A stretch of 63,813 nt of DNA, counting the filler, from Methanobacteriota archaeon (GTDB lineage Archaea; JACRDV01): assembly GCA_024860865.1 (NCBI GenBank). It is 4 parts of 4 records of this genome, joined end to end, with 100 filler letters (N's around TTAATTAATTAA, not from the genome) between each part and the next. Parts side by side here need not be neighbours in the genome. Positions count along the whole stretch, not along the records: positions 5,645 to 31,578 come from JACRDV010000030.1; 3 more parts are not named here. One strand, given 5' to 3'. A model generated the notes under the pieces. It was not told the DNA's origin and did not search any database. It saw only the letters and a list, made by a program, of their open reading frames with translations. The position numbers were made by a program, and so were the translations under genes. Shown here one piece after another: positions 19,301 through 28,964 of the stretch; position 1 is the stretch's first letter; the number at the start of each line of letters is the position of its first letter.

Positions 19301-19920
19301 CTCTTGAAATCGAAATGAAAAAGCTTGAACCAATAAACATGCGCGCAATTGAAGACTATGATAATACTTTACAACGCCATGAAAAACTTTTTGAACAAAA
19401 TAAAAAGCTAACAGAAGAAAGAAATGCCATACTTAAATTAATGACTGAAATAGATGAACGAAAATTAGCAGTTTTTATGGAGGCTTTTGAGGCAATTAAC
19501 CGAAGTTTTAAAGAGATTTTTTCACAGCTCTCACCTGAAGGCGAAGCGGAGTTAATACTTGAAAACTATGGCGATCCCTTTGAAGGTGGCTTAGAAATTC
19601 GGGCAAAACCAGCAGGAAAAGAAGTTCGCTCGATTGAATCAATGTCGGGAGGCGAGAAAACGCTCACAGCACTGGCTTTTGTCTTTGGGTTAGCTCGCTA
19701 TAAACCGGCACCATTCTATGTGCTAGATGAAGCAGATATGTTTCTAGATGGCGATAATGGTGAAAAATTTGCCAATCTAGTGAAAGAATTTTCTAAAAGC
19801 GCTCAATTTATAGTGGTATCTTTTAGAGAAAGCATGGTATCTTCTGCTGATCAGTTAATTGGTGTTGCTATGCAGGATGCTGGCTCAGATATAGTTTCAG
19901 TCAAACTAGGAGGCCAGTAA
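16381..19920 (+). CDS. smc: Chromosome segregation protein SMC
   Basis: NFKSF, GANGSGKSN, hinge GRATFLPL, MSGGEK, LDEAD, long coiled coils. Confidence 0.97.
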   Translation: MAYIKEITLHNFKSFGKRVVVSLPKGFTAVVGANGSGKSNIIDGICFVLGRRSSKSMRADRLVDLIFNGSNGRPPADFTEVSLIFDNTDSAFPIDSSNVTVSRKVNRAGYCAYRINDRMATRTEIIELLSHAAINPDGYNIIMQGDIVKIVEMNAADRRKIIDEVSGIAEYNEKKEKAMHELEKVKNNIDKINIVISEVETQLSKLKSEREDALNYKELQTKLEETRGLLINKKLSDAKAALNNLLDTLGTTEADYQKFNQELQALVSSSQESEQKLNQLNQIIAEKTEKEQLSLQKEIEEIKGTIHRAQDSIKLAQEEIERTSNEKRETELKLQRFEAEISELQKNIAQLEYQRSEVIAQIGNRSKELRDILEAVKEIDSEFAKLNDELSGINVQLEQKKDKFFAVQREMEKLRELLQSKQTEKSNVSSKLEQLKTQLVGLEANYAEAIEKQTQLQNQKSRLEIDLTKLTKQEELELREKITVIEEKLRKAQEDYARVETKLKTLEEISYPKAISEILKARDIGLLTGIYGTIAELLKVKPEHEVAIEVAAGSRLHHIVVESDEDASQAIKFLKENKIGRATFLPLNKIEFKTLDPRSIDASKAEGAIGLAINLVDFDPKFQFAFNYVFGDTVVVDNLETAKKLANGLRIVTLDGDLIDAKWAITGGFYQRRGIKSVKQEEDYLQQLKAGISQLETSKQEILVKLKELEKFVGELSQQKINVEAELTNQTLILDNAQKQIQNQKNELIQFEAQFAQLSKEIESFEVKYNLHSAELNQLQDELKQLESKKIEINEKLSSSKASDYTAKTREIEQTIYQHRETQQKLDTEIGSSKAKIESGLQPSIQTCKNNLANHQEKSEKLVNMVQQNQALILLQTQQLNLKVDLVGSLTKDVEGLRIQREQYQRTISELSVKREELYQKLASIQTVRSNLNAEKMALESKINELSIEAQKYQNLAASEVEVKISDLEQKVQTLEIEMKKLEPINMRAIEDYDNTLQRHEKLFEQNKKLTEERNAILKLMTEIDERKLAVFMEAFEAINRSFKEIFSQLSPEGEAELILENYGDPFEGGLEIRAKPAGKEVRSIESMSGGEKTLTALAFVFGLARYKPAPFYVLDEADMFLDGDNGEKFANLVKEFSKSAQFIVVSFRESMVSSADQLIGVAMQDAGSDIVSVKLGGQ

Positions 19921-19922
19921 TT

Positions 19923-20645
19923 TTGGATTATAATATGCAGCACATAGAAATATTGATTGATTTAGTAACAACAAATCAACTTGACATCTGGCAGGTAGAT
20001 ATAATTGAAATCGCAGATAAATTTACAGAACGCATTAACCAGATGGAAAAATTAGATTTAAGAATTTCTGCAAAAACTTTGCTCACAGCTTCAATTTTAT
20101 TAAGAATGAAATCTGAAATTTTAGTTCAAGAAGGAGAAAGTTTAACAAGATCCCAAATCAATGAAATTTTATCAGGAACCCAAGAAGCTCAAATTGATGA
20201 AATAGCTCAATTATTTGGTCAATATCCCGGTTTACAAAATTTAGTTGAAGCAACTCAAGTTCCATTATCTCAACCCATTAGAGGTCAAGAACTTAAAAGA
20301 AAAATTACTTTCTTTGAATTGCTCGAATCACTTCAAAAATCGTTAAATGACATTCGCTCTAAAGCATTAAAATCCAGCATCCAACCAAAAACAATTGAAA
20401 CGGAAGGAATCATAGCAGATGTAATGGAAGAGCTTGGAAATAGAGTAAAATTATTATTGGAACATATCCTCTCTCTAAATTCTAAAACGATTAAATTTTC
20501 TGAGTTGATCAAGCAATGGACTCCTAAAGAGGTTGTTAAAATTTTATTGCCTTTGTTATTTCTAGCAAACCAGAAGAGAGTTAAAATTTCTCAGTCAGAG
20601 TGGTGTGGAGAAATATACATTACGCTAGGTGAATCCAATGCATGA
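19923..20645 (+). CDS. scpA: Segregation/condensation protein A (kleisin)
   Basis: LDIWQVDI, LLTASILLRMKS, LLPLLFL; follows smc. Confidence 0.92.
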   Translation: MDYNMQHIEILIDLVTTNQLDIWQVDIIEIADKFTERINQMEKLDLRISAKTLLTASILLRMKSEILVQEGESLTRSQINEILSGTQEAQIDEIAQLFGQYPGLQNLVEATQVPLSQPIRGQELKRKITFFELLESLQKSLNDIRSKALKSSIQPKTIETEGIIADVMEELGNRVKLLLEHILSLNSKTIKFSELIKQWTPKEVVKILLPLLFLANQKRVKISQSEWCGEIYITLGESNA

Positions 20646-21183
20646 TAAATTGATGGTTGAAGCTGCTTTATTTGCCGCTGGGAAACCGCTGTCATTGAGT
20701 GATTTAGCAGCTGGCTTAAATTTAACTCAAGATAGAATTAAAGAACTTATTGGGCAGCTAAGGCTTGAATACTCCGCACGAGAAAGCGCAATTGAGTTGG
20801 TTCAGATACTTGAAAACAAGTATACAATTCAAGTTAAAACCGAATATGTAGGCGTCGCCAGCAATTTTTCTAAGCGAAGAGAGCTTTCGTCTAGCCTGAT
20901 TAAAACGCTTGCTATGGTGGCATATCAGCAACCAATTACTCAGGCAAAAATAGTGAAAATTCGCGGTTTAATGGCATACGACCACATTAAGGCGCTTAAG
21001 CGAAGAGGGCTAATTAAATTCAAACCATTTGGTCGTACTAAAATTCTTCATACAACTAGAAAATTTTGTGAATATTTTGGATTAGAAACTGATGAACCAA
21101 AGGAAATTAGAGTTTGGATTGAAAAACATTTGAAAAAAGAAATTGGAGAAACTTCGGAAACTTCAAAAATGGTCCAACAATAG
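20638..21183 (+). CDS. scpB: SMC-Scp complex subunit ScpB
   Basis: VEAALFAAGKPL, TLAMVAYQQPITQ, IRG, TTRKFCEYFGL. Confidence 0.94.
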   Translation: MHDKLMVEAALFAAGKPLSLSDLAAGLNLTQDRIKELIGQLRLEYSARESAIELVQILENKYTIQVKTEYVGVASNFSKRRELSSSLIKTLAMVAYQQPITQAKIVKIRGLMAYDHIKALKRRGLIKFKPFGRTKILHTTRKFCEYFGLETDEPKEIRVWIEKHLKKEIGETSETSKMVQQ

Positions 21184-21831
21184 TTGTGTTTTTTTCATTC
21201 CAGTTAATTTTTTTATTGGAGACCAAGATAATCTAACAAAATCTGGAAAACCATTTCCATTTCTAACTAATGATCTCAAATAGATGCGGGTTGTTGGGTC
21301 AGAAGGATATCCGGAGCCGATATCTCCATAAGTTTCTTTTAATTTTTCAATTTCATTATCTCTTGTAACTTTTGCAAGAATAGAAGCTGCAGATACAACT
21401 GGATAGCGAACATCTGCCGTATGTTCTGAAACTAGTTTTATTGCTAATTTTGTACTTTCATGTAGATACTTATAAATTGATTCCGCAAAATGAACACAAG
21501 AGTTGTCAGCAGCATCAACTATTACTTTTTGCGGCCGAAGCTCATTAATCGCTTCAGCCATTTTCATCGCTTCAATTTCAGTAATAGTAAGATTTTCTTC
21601 AATGCGCAATTTGTCGAGTTCGCGAGCTGATACTTTAATTATAAGAGAAGTTTCAGCAGTTTCTTGAATTAGAGGGAAGAGCTTCAATCGACGAGCAGCG
21701 CTAATGCGTTTTGAATCTCGGACGCGCAATTCTCTTAATTTTTGTTCTCCACTTTCATCAACGACTACTGCACCAATTACTAGCGGGCCAAGAATAGGAC
21801 CACGGCCAGCCTCATCTAAGCCTCCAATCAA
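21163..21831 (-). CDS. rnhB: Ribonuclease HII
   Basis: GLDEAGRGP, DSK, VSAASILAKV, GSGYPSDP. Confidence 0.96.
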   Translation of the reverse strand: MIGGLDEAGRGPILGPLVIGAVVVDESGEQKLRELRVRDSKRISAARRLKLFPLIQETAETSLIIKVSARELDKLRIEENLTITEIEAMKMAEAINELRPQKVIVDAADNSCVHFAESIYKYLHESTKLAIKLVSEHTADVRYPVVSAASILAKVTRDNEIEKLKETYGDIGSGYPSDPTTRIYLRSLVRNGNGFPDFVRLSWSPIKKLTGMKKTQLLLDHF

Positions 21832-22223
21832 TTATTTCTAACCCTCTGGATTTAACCATGTTTTTATTAAAAAATTAGCTTTTAAATACTTATTTAAACG
21901 ATTTTATGGCAATTCGAGACTCTAAATTTGAAAACTATTATTTTTAACAAATCTAACAAAAAAAGAGGCTTTTATGGGTTAGTTTGACTGGCGTGAATTA
22001 GACTTTCAATTTCGCCTATACTTCCAATTAATTCAAAACACACAACGAATCATCCCATTTAGATTAAGTTATTGTAAAAGCCACTGTTTCGTGTTAAACT
22101 ATTCCAAGCGTTTGTGGCTGATATCTGAGCCGCTTCAATATTTTTCGAAATATAGGTAAAGGTTGGTTTAAGTCTCAATAGAAAGATTGAAAAATAAATT
22201 AGCTGTAATTATGCTTGATTTAA

Positions 22224-23387
22224 ATGGTTCTTAAAAAAATGTTTTTAATTAGCTTAGCACTTATATTTTCGTTTTCTTTAGCATATAACCTAGTTTCAGC
22301 TCAAGATCGCATTACAGTCATAACATTGCTTGGAGGCATTCCATTAGATTACACAAAAGCTGAGCATAAATTCTTATCGAATCCTATTGTTAATGAAAAA
22401 GAGCTGAACTCCCTTCAAGCTCAAGGTTTATCAAAAGATCATTCTACAAGAATAATTACTGGCAGATATTTTGGCGGATATGATTGCGCAGGTTATTCTG
22501 AAGAGGTGTTTTTAGTTAGAGTGGATCTAGGGGTTGATGCCGCAACAATTATCCCCGTAGCTGCTCAAAGAAATATCCCTATTATAATGACCGATTCAAC
22601 ATTTTTACCCAGCGGAACAATTGAGTATCTAACAGATTTGAGAACTAAAAAAATTACAATAATCGGAGGAACGATTGCAGTTAATGAAAGTATTAAAAGT
22701 GCACTAGAAAATAACAAGTTAATCGTAAATAGAGTTTGGGGCAAGACAAGGTATGAAACTTCTTTAGATGCCGCAAGGCGATATTATCCTAGCACATCTT
22801 ATGCCGTACTTGTTAACGGCGAAAATGAAACAGAGGCTTTGCTAGCAGCTCCATTTGCAAAACTTAAGAGTGCCCCACTAATATTAGTAAAGCCTTATGG
22901 AATACCAGAGTCAGTTAAACAATCATTAAAAGATCTTCAGGTGAAAAGAGTCTATGTAATTGGAACTGTTTCGCCCATAGCTACAAATGAATTGAAGCAA
23001 ATGAATATCGAAGTGCTAGAAAAAATAAGTGCAAGCGATTTAGTTTCGCTATCTGTTGAAATTAGCAAACGAATTGAAAATGAAGTGGTTATTAACAAAT
23101 TTAAGGATATAGGTTATAATTGGAGCAATTTAGGGACGCCAATTTATGCTGCTTATTTCTTAAACCTAAAAACTCGAGTAGTAGTTTTACCTAGTGATAT
23201 GGTGGAATCATATACTCTTTTTGGGTTTGCTGCGAATAAGAACGGATCTGTCCTTTTAACTCCAAGAAATAAAGTATCGGATCAAGTTGCTTCTTGGCTT
23301 CAGGAACGTAAGTTCAGAGAATTAGCTCTAAGCATGTATTTCTCAAATCAAGTTTTAGTAGACATTCAGTCAAAGTCAGTAAAATAA
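22224..23387 (+). CDS. Secreted protein with cell-wall-binding repeat 2 (CWB2-like) domains
   Basis: Signal peptide; IIGGTIAV, RVWGKTRYETS, APLILV, VYVIG repeats. Confidence 0.78.
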   Translation: MVLKKMFLISLALIFSFSLAYNLVSAQDRITVITLLGGIPLDYTKAEHKFLSNPIVNEKELNSLQAQGLSKDHSTRIITGRYFGGYDCAGYSEEVFLVRVDLGVDAATIIPVAAQRNIPIIMTDSTFLPSGTIEYLTDLRTKKITIIGGTIAVNESIKSALENNKLIVNRVWGKTRYETSLDAARRYYPSTSYAVLVNGENETEALLAAPFAKLKSAPLILVKPYGIPESVKQSLKDLQVKRVYVIGTVSPIATNELKQMNIEVLEKISASDLVSLSVEISKRIENEVVINKFKDIGYNWSNLGTPIYAAYFLNLKTRVVVLPSDMVESYTLFGFAANKNGSVLLTPRNKVSDQVASWLQERKFRELALSMYFSNQVLVDIQSKSVK

Positions 23388-23405
23388 TCGCTTTAAGGTA
23401 TTTTT

Positions 23406-24074
23406 TTGGGATTTTTTACGATTGCAAAGGGCATGAAAGGATGGGTTATCTGTAGCATTATACTTGCCCTTGCTACCCTTTACTTCTATACTAGATTGGG
23501 CTATCTCTTTAGTTTAATTGCTATTTTTTTATTATTTTTTTCACGTGACCCAGAGAGAAAACCACCTGTTGAAAAAGGGATAGTTGTTGCTCCAGCTGAT
23601 GGGAGATTTTTAAACGGAAGAGTTTTCTCGGTTGAAAAAGTTACAAAAAACGAATTTGATTTTATTGAGAGCGAAGGAATCAGAATTAGTATTTGTATGA
23701 GTTTATTTGATGTTCATGTTCAAAGAGTTCCAGTTTCAGGGAAAGTTCTTAAAATCGAGAGAGTTTCTGGAAAGCATCAAGCAATAATTGAAAGAGGATC
23801 AGGTTCCCAAAACGAAAGAGTGTTAACACTTATTGAAACAAAATATGGATTTAAGATTGGCGTAGCTCAAATTGCTGGAATCTTAGCTCGCAGGATTATC
23901 ACATATATTAAAGAAGGAGAAGAAGTCAAGATTGGCGATCGTTTGGGAATGATTAAATTTGGCTCTAGAGTCGATGTTATTTTACCAGTCAGGGAAGGTC
24001 TTCAAATCTTAATTAGAGAAAATGATAGCGCTATAGCTGGAGAAACAGTGGTTGCTCGCTATAGAACTAATTAG
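23406..24074 (+). CDS. Phosphatidyl/archaetidylserine decarboxylase proenzyme
   Basis: FFSRDPER, APADG, DVHVQRVP, GMIKFGSRVD (self-cleavage GS). Confidence 0.93.
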   Translation: MGFFTIAKGMKGWVICSIILALATLYFYTRLGYLFSLIAIFLLFFSRDPERKPPVEKGIVVAPADGRFLNGRVFSVEKVTKNEFDFIESEGIRISICMSLFDVHVQRVPVSGKVLKIERVSGKHQAIIERGSGSQNERVLTLIETKYGFKIGVAQIAGILARRIITYIKEGEEVKIGDRLGMIKFGSRVDVILPVREGLQILIRENDSAIAGETVVARYRTN

Positions 24075-24122
24075 CAAAGAATAAAATATAGCTTTTATAC
24101 AACTGCTCCGGAGCTGACTTAC

Positions 24123-24821
24123 TTGGAAAAGATGAGAGAACTAATAAGGTCCCCAGATCTATTTTCAATAACTAATGCTCTCTTCGGTTCTCTAGCTATA
24201 TTTGCGGCTTTGGTTAGAGATTTAAGTTTAAGCGCGCGTTTGATAATTCTCGCTGCATTTGCAGATGGGATGGATGGGCTAGTTGCAAGGAAAAAAGGAG
24301 CTTCTGAATTCGGAAAGAATCTAGATTCACTTGCTGATACTATTTCATTTGGAGTTTGTCCAGCAATTTTGGTTTTTCAGACAAATACAATTTTTCCAGA
24401 AGTTGTAAGCGGATTGTCTGCATCTCTTATTGTGATTTGTGGAATTTTAAGACTTGCTAGATTCAATATTTTAAGTGAGGAAATTTCAATGAAAATGTTC
24501 GTTGGATTACCGATCCCTGCTGCCGCAATGTTTATTATCTCTCTTTTTTTAGCACTTCCAGCTGAATGGACTGGTAAGATAATAGCCTTAGTTGCACTAA
24601 CTCTAGCTCTGCTTATGGTTAGCTCTATTAAATATCCGAAGTATACTGGTAAGAAACTCAGACCACTTCTTATCATGATTGGTTTAATTGCGATAGTAGT
24701 AGTAACAAAACCAAATATTTTTATGGGGATTTTTACTAAATTGTTTCTGGTTGGGGCATTTTGTTACGTGGTTTTCAGTCCCATAATTTTCAGAGGAGGA
24801 AAAAATGATAATGAAAGCTGA
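24123..24821 (+). CDS. pssA: Archaetidylserine/phosphatidylserine synthase (CDP-alcohol phosphatidyltransferase)
   Basis: DGMDGLVAR...FGKNLDSLADTISFG, LRLARFN, FVGLPIP. Confidence 0.93.
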   Translation: MEKMRELIRSPDLFSITNALFGSLAIFAALVRDLSLSARLIILAAFADGMDGLVARKKGASEFGKNLDSLADTISFGVCPAILVFQTNTIFPEVVSGLSASLIVICGILRLARFNILSEEISMKMFVGLPIPAAAMFIISLFLALPAEWTGKIIALVALTLALLMVSSIKYPKYTGKKLRPLLIMIGLIAIVVVTKPNIFMGIFTKLFLVGAFCYVVFSPIIFRGGKNDNES

Positions 24822-25935
24822 TTTGCCTTCAGGTCCTTCTATACCTGGATTGAAAGAACGCGTTGAAGAAATGAGAGAAAAAGTTACAGAGCGCCCTCCG
24901 CCAAAGAGAAGACTGCCTATTGTGGTCGGCATACTTGTAATTGTGCTAGTAATAGCGGGTGCAGGGTTTATCGCCTCTTACTTTCTTTACTATAAGCCCA
25001 TACTGGTTGAAACAAAACAGTTCGACCTTGAAAAAGCAAAGAAAATAGAGCTAATAAATAATGTTTTTACAGGACCTTTAGCTGATGCTGCTGAAAAACA
25101 AGAATTGATCAAAGATGTAAAAGTCGCAACAACCTCTTCAGATTTAGCTGCTGTTGAAGCTAAACTTAAAACATATGGCCTTAAAGCCTGGAAAGATCAG
25201 AGAACAAAAGATGTCTTAGAAAATCTCGATGGCAGAGTTATGATTGAGGTCCAACAGCAAGTTGGAAGTTATACAAAAGATGAGGCTTTAGCGTATATAC
25301 AATCATTTACAACGATTACCCCACTTACAGAAATGAAAATTGGAAAGCCTGATTTAGTTTCTGTGCCAATTGTGCTTGGAAGATTAAATGCATCTGCAGG
25401 AGTGCTCCATACAGGCGATATAGTCGATATTTTTGTTTCAAATAAAGATGGTGTTAAACTTCTTACAACGGGAGCGCGCATCGTTGCAATCTTTAGAGAC
25501 AAATCAAGTGGAGAAATAACTCTAACCGAAAGCGAGAAAAAACTTCAAAGCGGCGGAGGAGTTGAAGGGAAAGGTACAGTTGAGACATTAGTTATTGGAG
25601 CGGCCACAGCAACTTTGACTGGGAGCTTCACAGGTTCAAGTGGTGTGAGAGTAGGGGAATATGAGTCGAAGTATACAACAAGCGTTGAAGAAGTGTTAAA
25701 AGCAGCTGCTGCCGATAAAATCAGCAGAGCTTATGTTAAAAGTGTTTTGGGTGAATATGGCTGGACATTGGGAACGCTAGAGAGAATTGCGCACATTGCA
25801 GAGTTCAATTCTAAATACATGATTTTAATTGAAGTCCCAAGAGGGCAGGCTGGAAATGTATTAGCTAACATGAATTCATTAGTTTTAACAATTCCTACCG
25901 CACGAGCTCCTGCTTGGGTGAGTTCGGTGGAATAG
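24805..25935 (+). CDS. DUF515-like membrane-anchored protein
   Basis: Single N-terminal TM, GDIVDIF SAF-like segment, EVLKAAAA, YGWTL..LER, YMILIEVPR. Confidence 0.7.
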   Translation: MIMKADLPSGPSIPGLKERVEEMREKVTERPPPKRRLPIVVGILVIVLVIAGAGFIASYFLYYKPILVETKQFDLEKAKKIELINNVFTGPLADAAEKQELIKDVKVATTSSDLAAVEAKLKTYGLKAWKDQRTKDVLENLDGRVMIEVQQQVGSYTKDEALAYIQSFTTITPLTEMKIGKPDLVSVPIVLGRLNASAGVLHTGDIVDIFVSNKDGVKLLTTGARIVAIFRDKSSGEITLTESEKKLQSGGGVEGKGTVETLVIGAATATLTGSFTGSSGVRVGEYESKYTTSVEEVLKAAAADKISRAYVKSVLGEYGWTLGTLERIAHIAEFNSKYMILIEVPRGQAGNVLANMNSLVLTIPTARAPAWVSSVE

Positions 25936-27006
25936 ATGCATCTAAAGTCTAAAGCTAGAGTTACTTTTTTAGTTCTTTTATTGACTATATTATTAATTCC
26001 ATTAGTGGTTATCGCTGCAATCCGTCCATTTGATATAAATGAGACTCTAAACCTTGGACCACCTTCCGTCCTTGTTTACCTTACAAAAATTGACACAATA
26101 ATAACTGTTCGGAACCTTGCAGATGAACCAAGATTTTTAGCTGCTGATGATTTCCAGATGGTATTGGTGTCTTTGCCGTTACCCCGTTTTAATTCTATAT
26201 CTGATTACAGTAAACAAAGTCCTGGCACTTTGAAGTGGAAAATTAACAAAACTGTTGATATGGTAGTTTATAACGGATACCATGGCTGGTGGATCCAACC
26301 TAACCTAGAGAAAGTGATACGCGTGGAATTCGTCACAGTAGGGGGAGATGCTTTATCTCAAATGACTTTTGATGCCGCAATAAAAACAGCTTTTCCCTTT
26401 CATACCGTTCCACCATTGGTGTCGTCAAGTTACCGATTAATTGACCCAAATAATGTAGAGTTAAAGAACCCATCGCTAAGGGTAACTGAATATAAGCAGA
26501 ACATTACTTTTACTGTTTACAATCCTCCTCTTGGATTTGTTTGGGGCTGGCTTCCACGACCTGCAAACATCTCTAACTGGACAGAGGAGCAAGGGTATAT
26601 TCCAGTCGGTTTTAATGTGACAGCAATTGTATGTGTGCCAATAGTTGTTAAGGGCGGTAAAATGACCAGTGCAACTCCTGCCCCAACTTTTGAATACATC
26701 GAATGGTACTATAATACATCAAAATTTGAGAATCCAATGATCATGCCATGGTCAGCGTGGATTACTACTTTGACACCGTTACCTTTCACGAGCACGCACT
26801 TAAGCCAGACTGGTTGGACGTATATGTGGTATTATCATAAATACGATACACAAAAGTTTCCAGTTTGGGAGCTAAAATTAGCTTTAGGCGAAAGCGTTAA
26901 AATTAACTACTTTTATCATTGGACGCGAATCGGGAAAGTTACTGGAATTCCAATTGAAGAAAAAGAAACACTTTCAACAGTTTCGGATTGGCTCAGTTAT
27001 AGTTAA
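25936..27006 (+). CDS. Secreted/membrane-anchored hypothetical protein
   Basis: N-terminal hydrophobic segment; aromatic, beta-rich body; abuts the DUF515-like gene. Confidence 0.7.
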   Translation: MHLKSKARVTFLVLLLTILLIPLVVIAAIRPFDINETLNLGPPSVLVYLTKIDTIITVRNLADEPRFLAADDFQMVLVSLPLPRFNSISDYSKQSPGTLKWKINKTVDMVVYNGYHGWWIQPNLEKVIRVEFVTVGGDALSQMTFDAAIKTAFPFHTVPPLVSSSYRLIDPNNVELKNPSLRVTEYKQNITFTVYNPPLGFVWGWLPRPANISNWTEEQGYIPVGFNVTAIVCVPIVVKGGKMTSATPAPTFEYIEWYYNTSKFENPMIMPWSAWITTLTPLPFTSTHLSQTGWTYMWYYHKYDTQKFPVWELKLALGESVKINYFYHWTRIGKVTGIPIEEKETLSTVSDWLSYS

Positions 27007-27048
27007 TATTTCGAAAATCAAATATAACTTATAAACGACTTTTGTTAC

Positions 27049-27786
27049 ATGATTATTGATTCGCATACTCATATTCTTCCTCCAGAAATTGCAAAAAATC
27101 CGCCTAAAAATTTGCCATCTTTTTGGAAAAAGTTTGCTCCAATTTGTACGGCTGATAATTTAATTGAAATGTTTAGAAAAGCAAATATTGACGGTGGAAT
27201 TGTTCTTCCAGCTGGTGCAGCAATTCTAAGTTGGAGTATAGAAAAAGTTAATGACTTCATTGCAAACTCGGCTAAGGAACATAAAAATTTAATCGGGTTT
27301 GGTTGGGTAAATCCAAACTTGGAAACAGCGACTTTTGAAATGGAGAGATGTGTAAAGGAGTTAAAATTAAAAGGATTTGGAGAATTTCACCCAGTAGCCC
27401 AAAATTTCAAATTGAACTCTTGTAAATCAATTATTGAAAAAGCAATTGAGCTTGATGTGCCGATAATATTTCACTTTGACGAGAGAACTAATTTTATTGA
27501 ATTTTTAAATTTAGTTAGAACTTATCAAAATGCTAAAATAATTTGTGCACATCTCGGGGCTGGTTTATTTGAAAAAACAGATCTAAGTTTTTATTACGAT
27601 ACATCTTTTGGCAAAAATTTAGAGTTGGCGCTTAAGCGAGTAGGGACCGATAGGATCTTGTTTGGAACTGATTTTCCATTTGCTAAAAATCCAAAGTTAG
27701 AGCTTGAAAAAATATTACGTTTAGAGGTTCCAGATGAGGAGAAAAAAGAGATTCTGGGTGGAAATGTTTTAAAACTAGTAAAATAG
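27049..27786 (+). CDS. Amidohydrolase family 2 protein
   Basis: IIDSHTH, GFGEFHP, ICAHLG, ILFGTDFP. Confidence 0.9.
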   Translation: MIIDSHTHILPPEIAKNPPKNLPSFWKKFAPICTADNLIEMFRKANIDGGIVLPAGAAILSWSIEKVNDFIANSAKEHKNLIGFGWVNPNLETATFEMERCVKELKLKGFGEFHPVAQNFKLNSCKSIIEKAIELDVPIIFHFDERTNFIEFLNLVRTYQNAKIICAHLGAGLFEKTDLSFYYDTSFGKNLELALKRVGTDRILFGTDFPFAKNPKLELEKILRLEVPDEEKKEILGGNVLKLVK

Positions 27787-27808
27787 ATGACTTGGAAGCG
27801 GTGTTTAG

Positions 27809-28489
27809 ATGCGAAAAAAACTTCGACTAATTTTATTAATAACAGTTTTGGCTGCACTCTTAGTTTTGATTGGATTGCTTGGAAGTGAATTTCTCATGGC
27901 TTATAAAACAGGCCTTATTAAGGCAAGAACTTGGTCGGCTCTATTTTTGATAGTTGTGGTTATAACAGGAATAGAAACAATTCCCTTTGGTCCTGAAGTT
28001 ATTAGCATATCTGCAGCTGCCTTAGGATTCAATTTTGTGGGGATAGCATTTATTGGTGGATTTGGGAGCGTTGTAGGTTCTCTTATCGATTATTTCTTAG
28101 GCTTTTACTTTGGTAAACGAATATTAGAAGCTTTTTTTACCGATAAATTAATTCAATATGGAATGAGTCGGTTTAAATACTACGGAATTTGGGCGCTTAT
28201 TGGATGCAGGTTAATTCCATTCATACCAGCAAAGCCATTTTTCTTTTTAGGTGGTACTTTGCGCATGCCCTTAACAGTTTTTTCAGTTGCGATATTTGTA
28301 AGTTCATGGATTAGATACGCCATGGGTGCTTATGCAGGCTCATATGTAATAGAGTTTGCGAGAGATTTTAGTCGCTTCGCACAAGAGCACTTCATTATAG
28401 CATCGCTCTTATCAGTTATTATTGTTTTAGCTGTTCTTTACATTGTTGTAAAATGGTGGATGAGATATCGACACTTGTTCCAAGAATAG
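27809..28489 (+). CDS. DedA/VTT-domain membrane protein
   Basis: GSVVGSLIDYFLG, RLIPFIP, multiple TM segments. Confidence 0.82.
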   Translation: MRKKLRLILLITVLAALLVLIGLLGSEFLMAYKTGLIKARTWSALFLIVVVITGIETIPFGPEVISISAAALGFNFVGIAFIGGFGSVVGSLIDYFLGFYFGKRILEAFFTDKLIQYGMSRFKYYGIWALIGCRLIPFIPAKPFFFLGGTLRMPLTVFSVAIFVSSWIRYAMGAYAGSYVIEFARDFSRFAQEHFIIASLLSVIIVLAVLYIVVKWWMRYRHLFQE

Positions 28490-28497
28490 TTATTTAA

Positions 28498-28881
28498 TCA
28501 GTTGCCTTTTTCTTTAAAATTCATTCTAGTTGTTTTTTGGCTGGCTAACCAAATTCGATAATCAATATATGCTCCTTTTCCAACGCCCGGGCATTTTGGA
28601 TCCGAAACTAGTTCAAAATTTTTACCACGAGTTACTAGTCTAAAAGGGTATCTTTTACATGTTATAGGCCTAGCGCTATAAATTTTACAATAAAAAATTC
28701 CATCTTGCATTTTTTCAAGAAAGAAGCATGCATTATTTAATCTTTTCATTCTAGGGTGAACAAACCCATCAACAAAATTCTTTCTTTTATAACCAAGCAT
28801 TTCGATTCTATGGATGTCTTCTTTGGTTAATCGAACGGCTAGCTTGCAACATCTTCCACAATGAGTACACTCAAATAACAT
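28498..28881 (-). CDS. YkgJ-family cysteine cluster protein
   Basis: FECTHCGRCC, CFFL, CKIYSARPITCKRYPF. Confidence 0.9.
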   Translation of the reverse strand: MLFECTHCGRCCKLAVRLTKEDIHRIEMLGYKRKNFVDGFVHPRMKRLNNACFFLEKMQDGIFYCKIYSARPITCKRYPFRLVTRGKNFELVSDPKCPGVGKGAYIDYRIWLASQKTTRMNFKEKGN

Positions 28882-28964
28882 GGTATAATTATATAGGTGA
28901 CTTAGAGATTTTAAATTTGACTAGACAAAATCATTTTGTTTGACCTTTAGTCAGTTGTGGGAAT

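Noticed and set aside
25936-26020. Possible class III (pilin) signal peptide KSKA/RVTF
   Set aside because: Lacks the usual Q at +1 and E at +5; more likely an ordinary signal or anchor.
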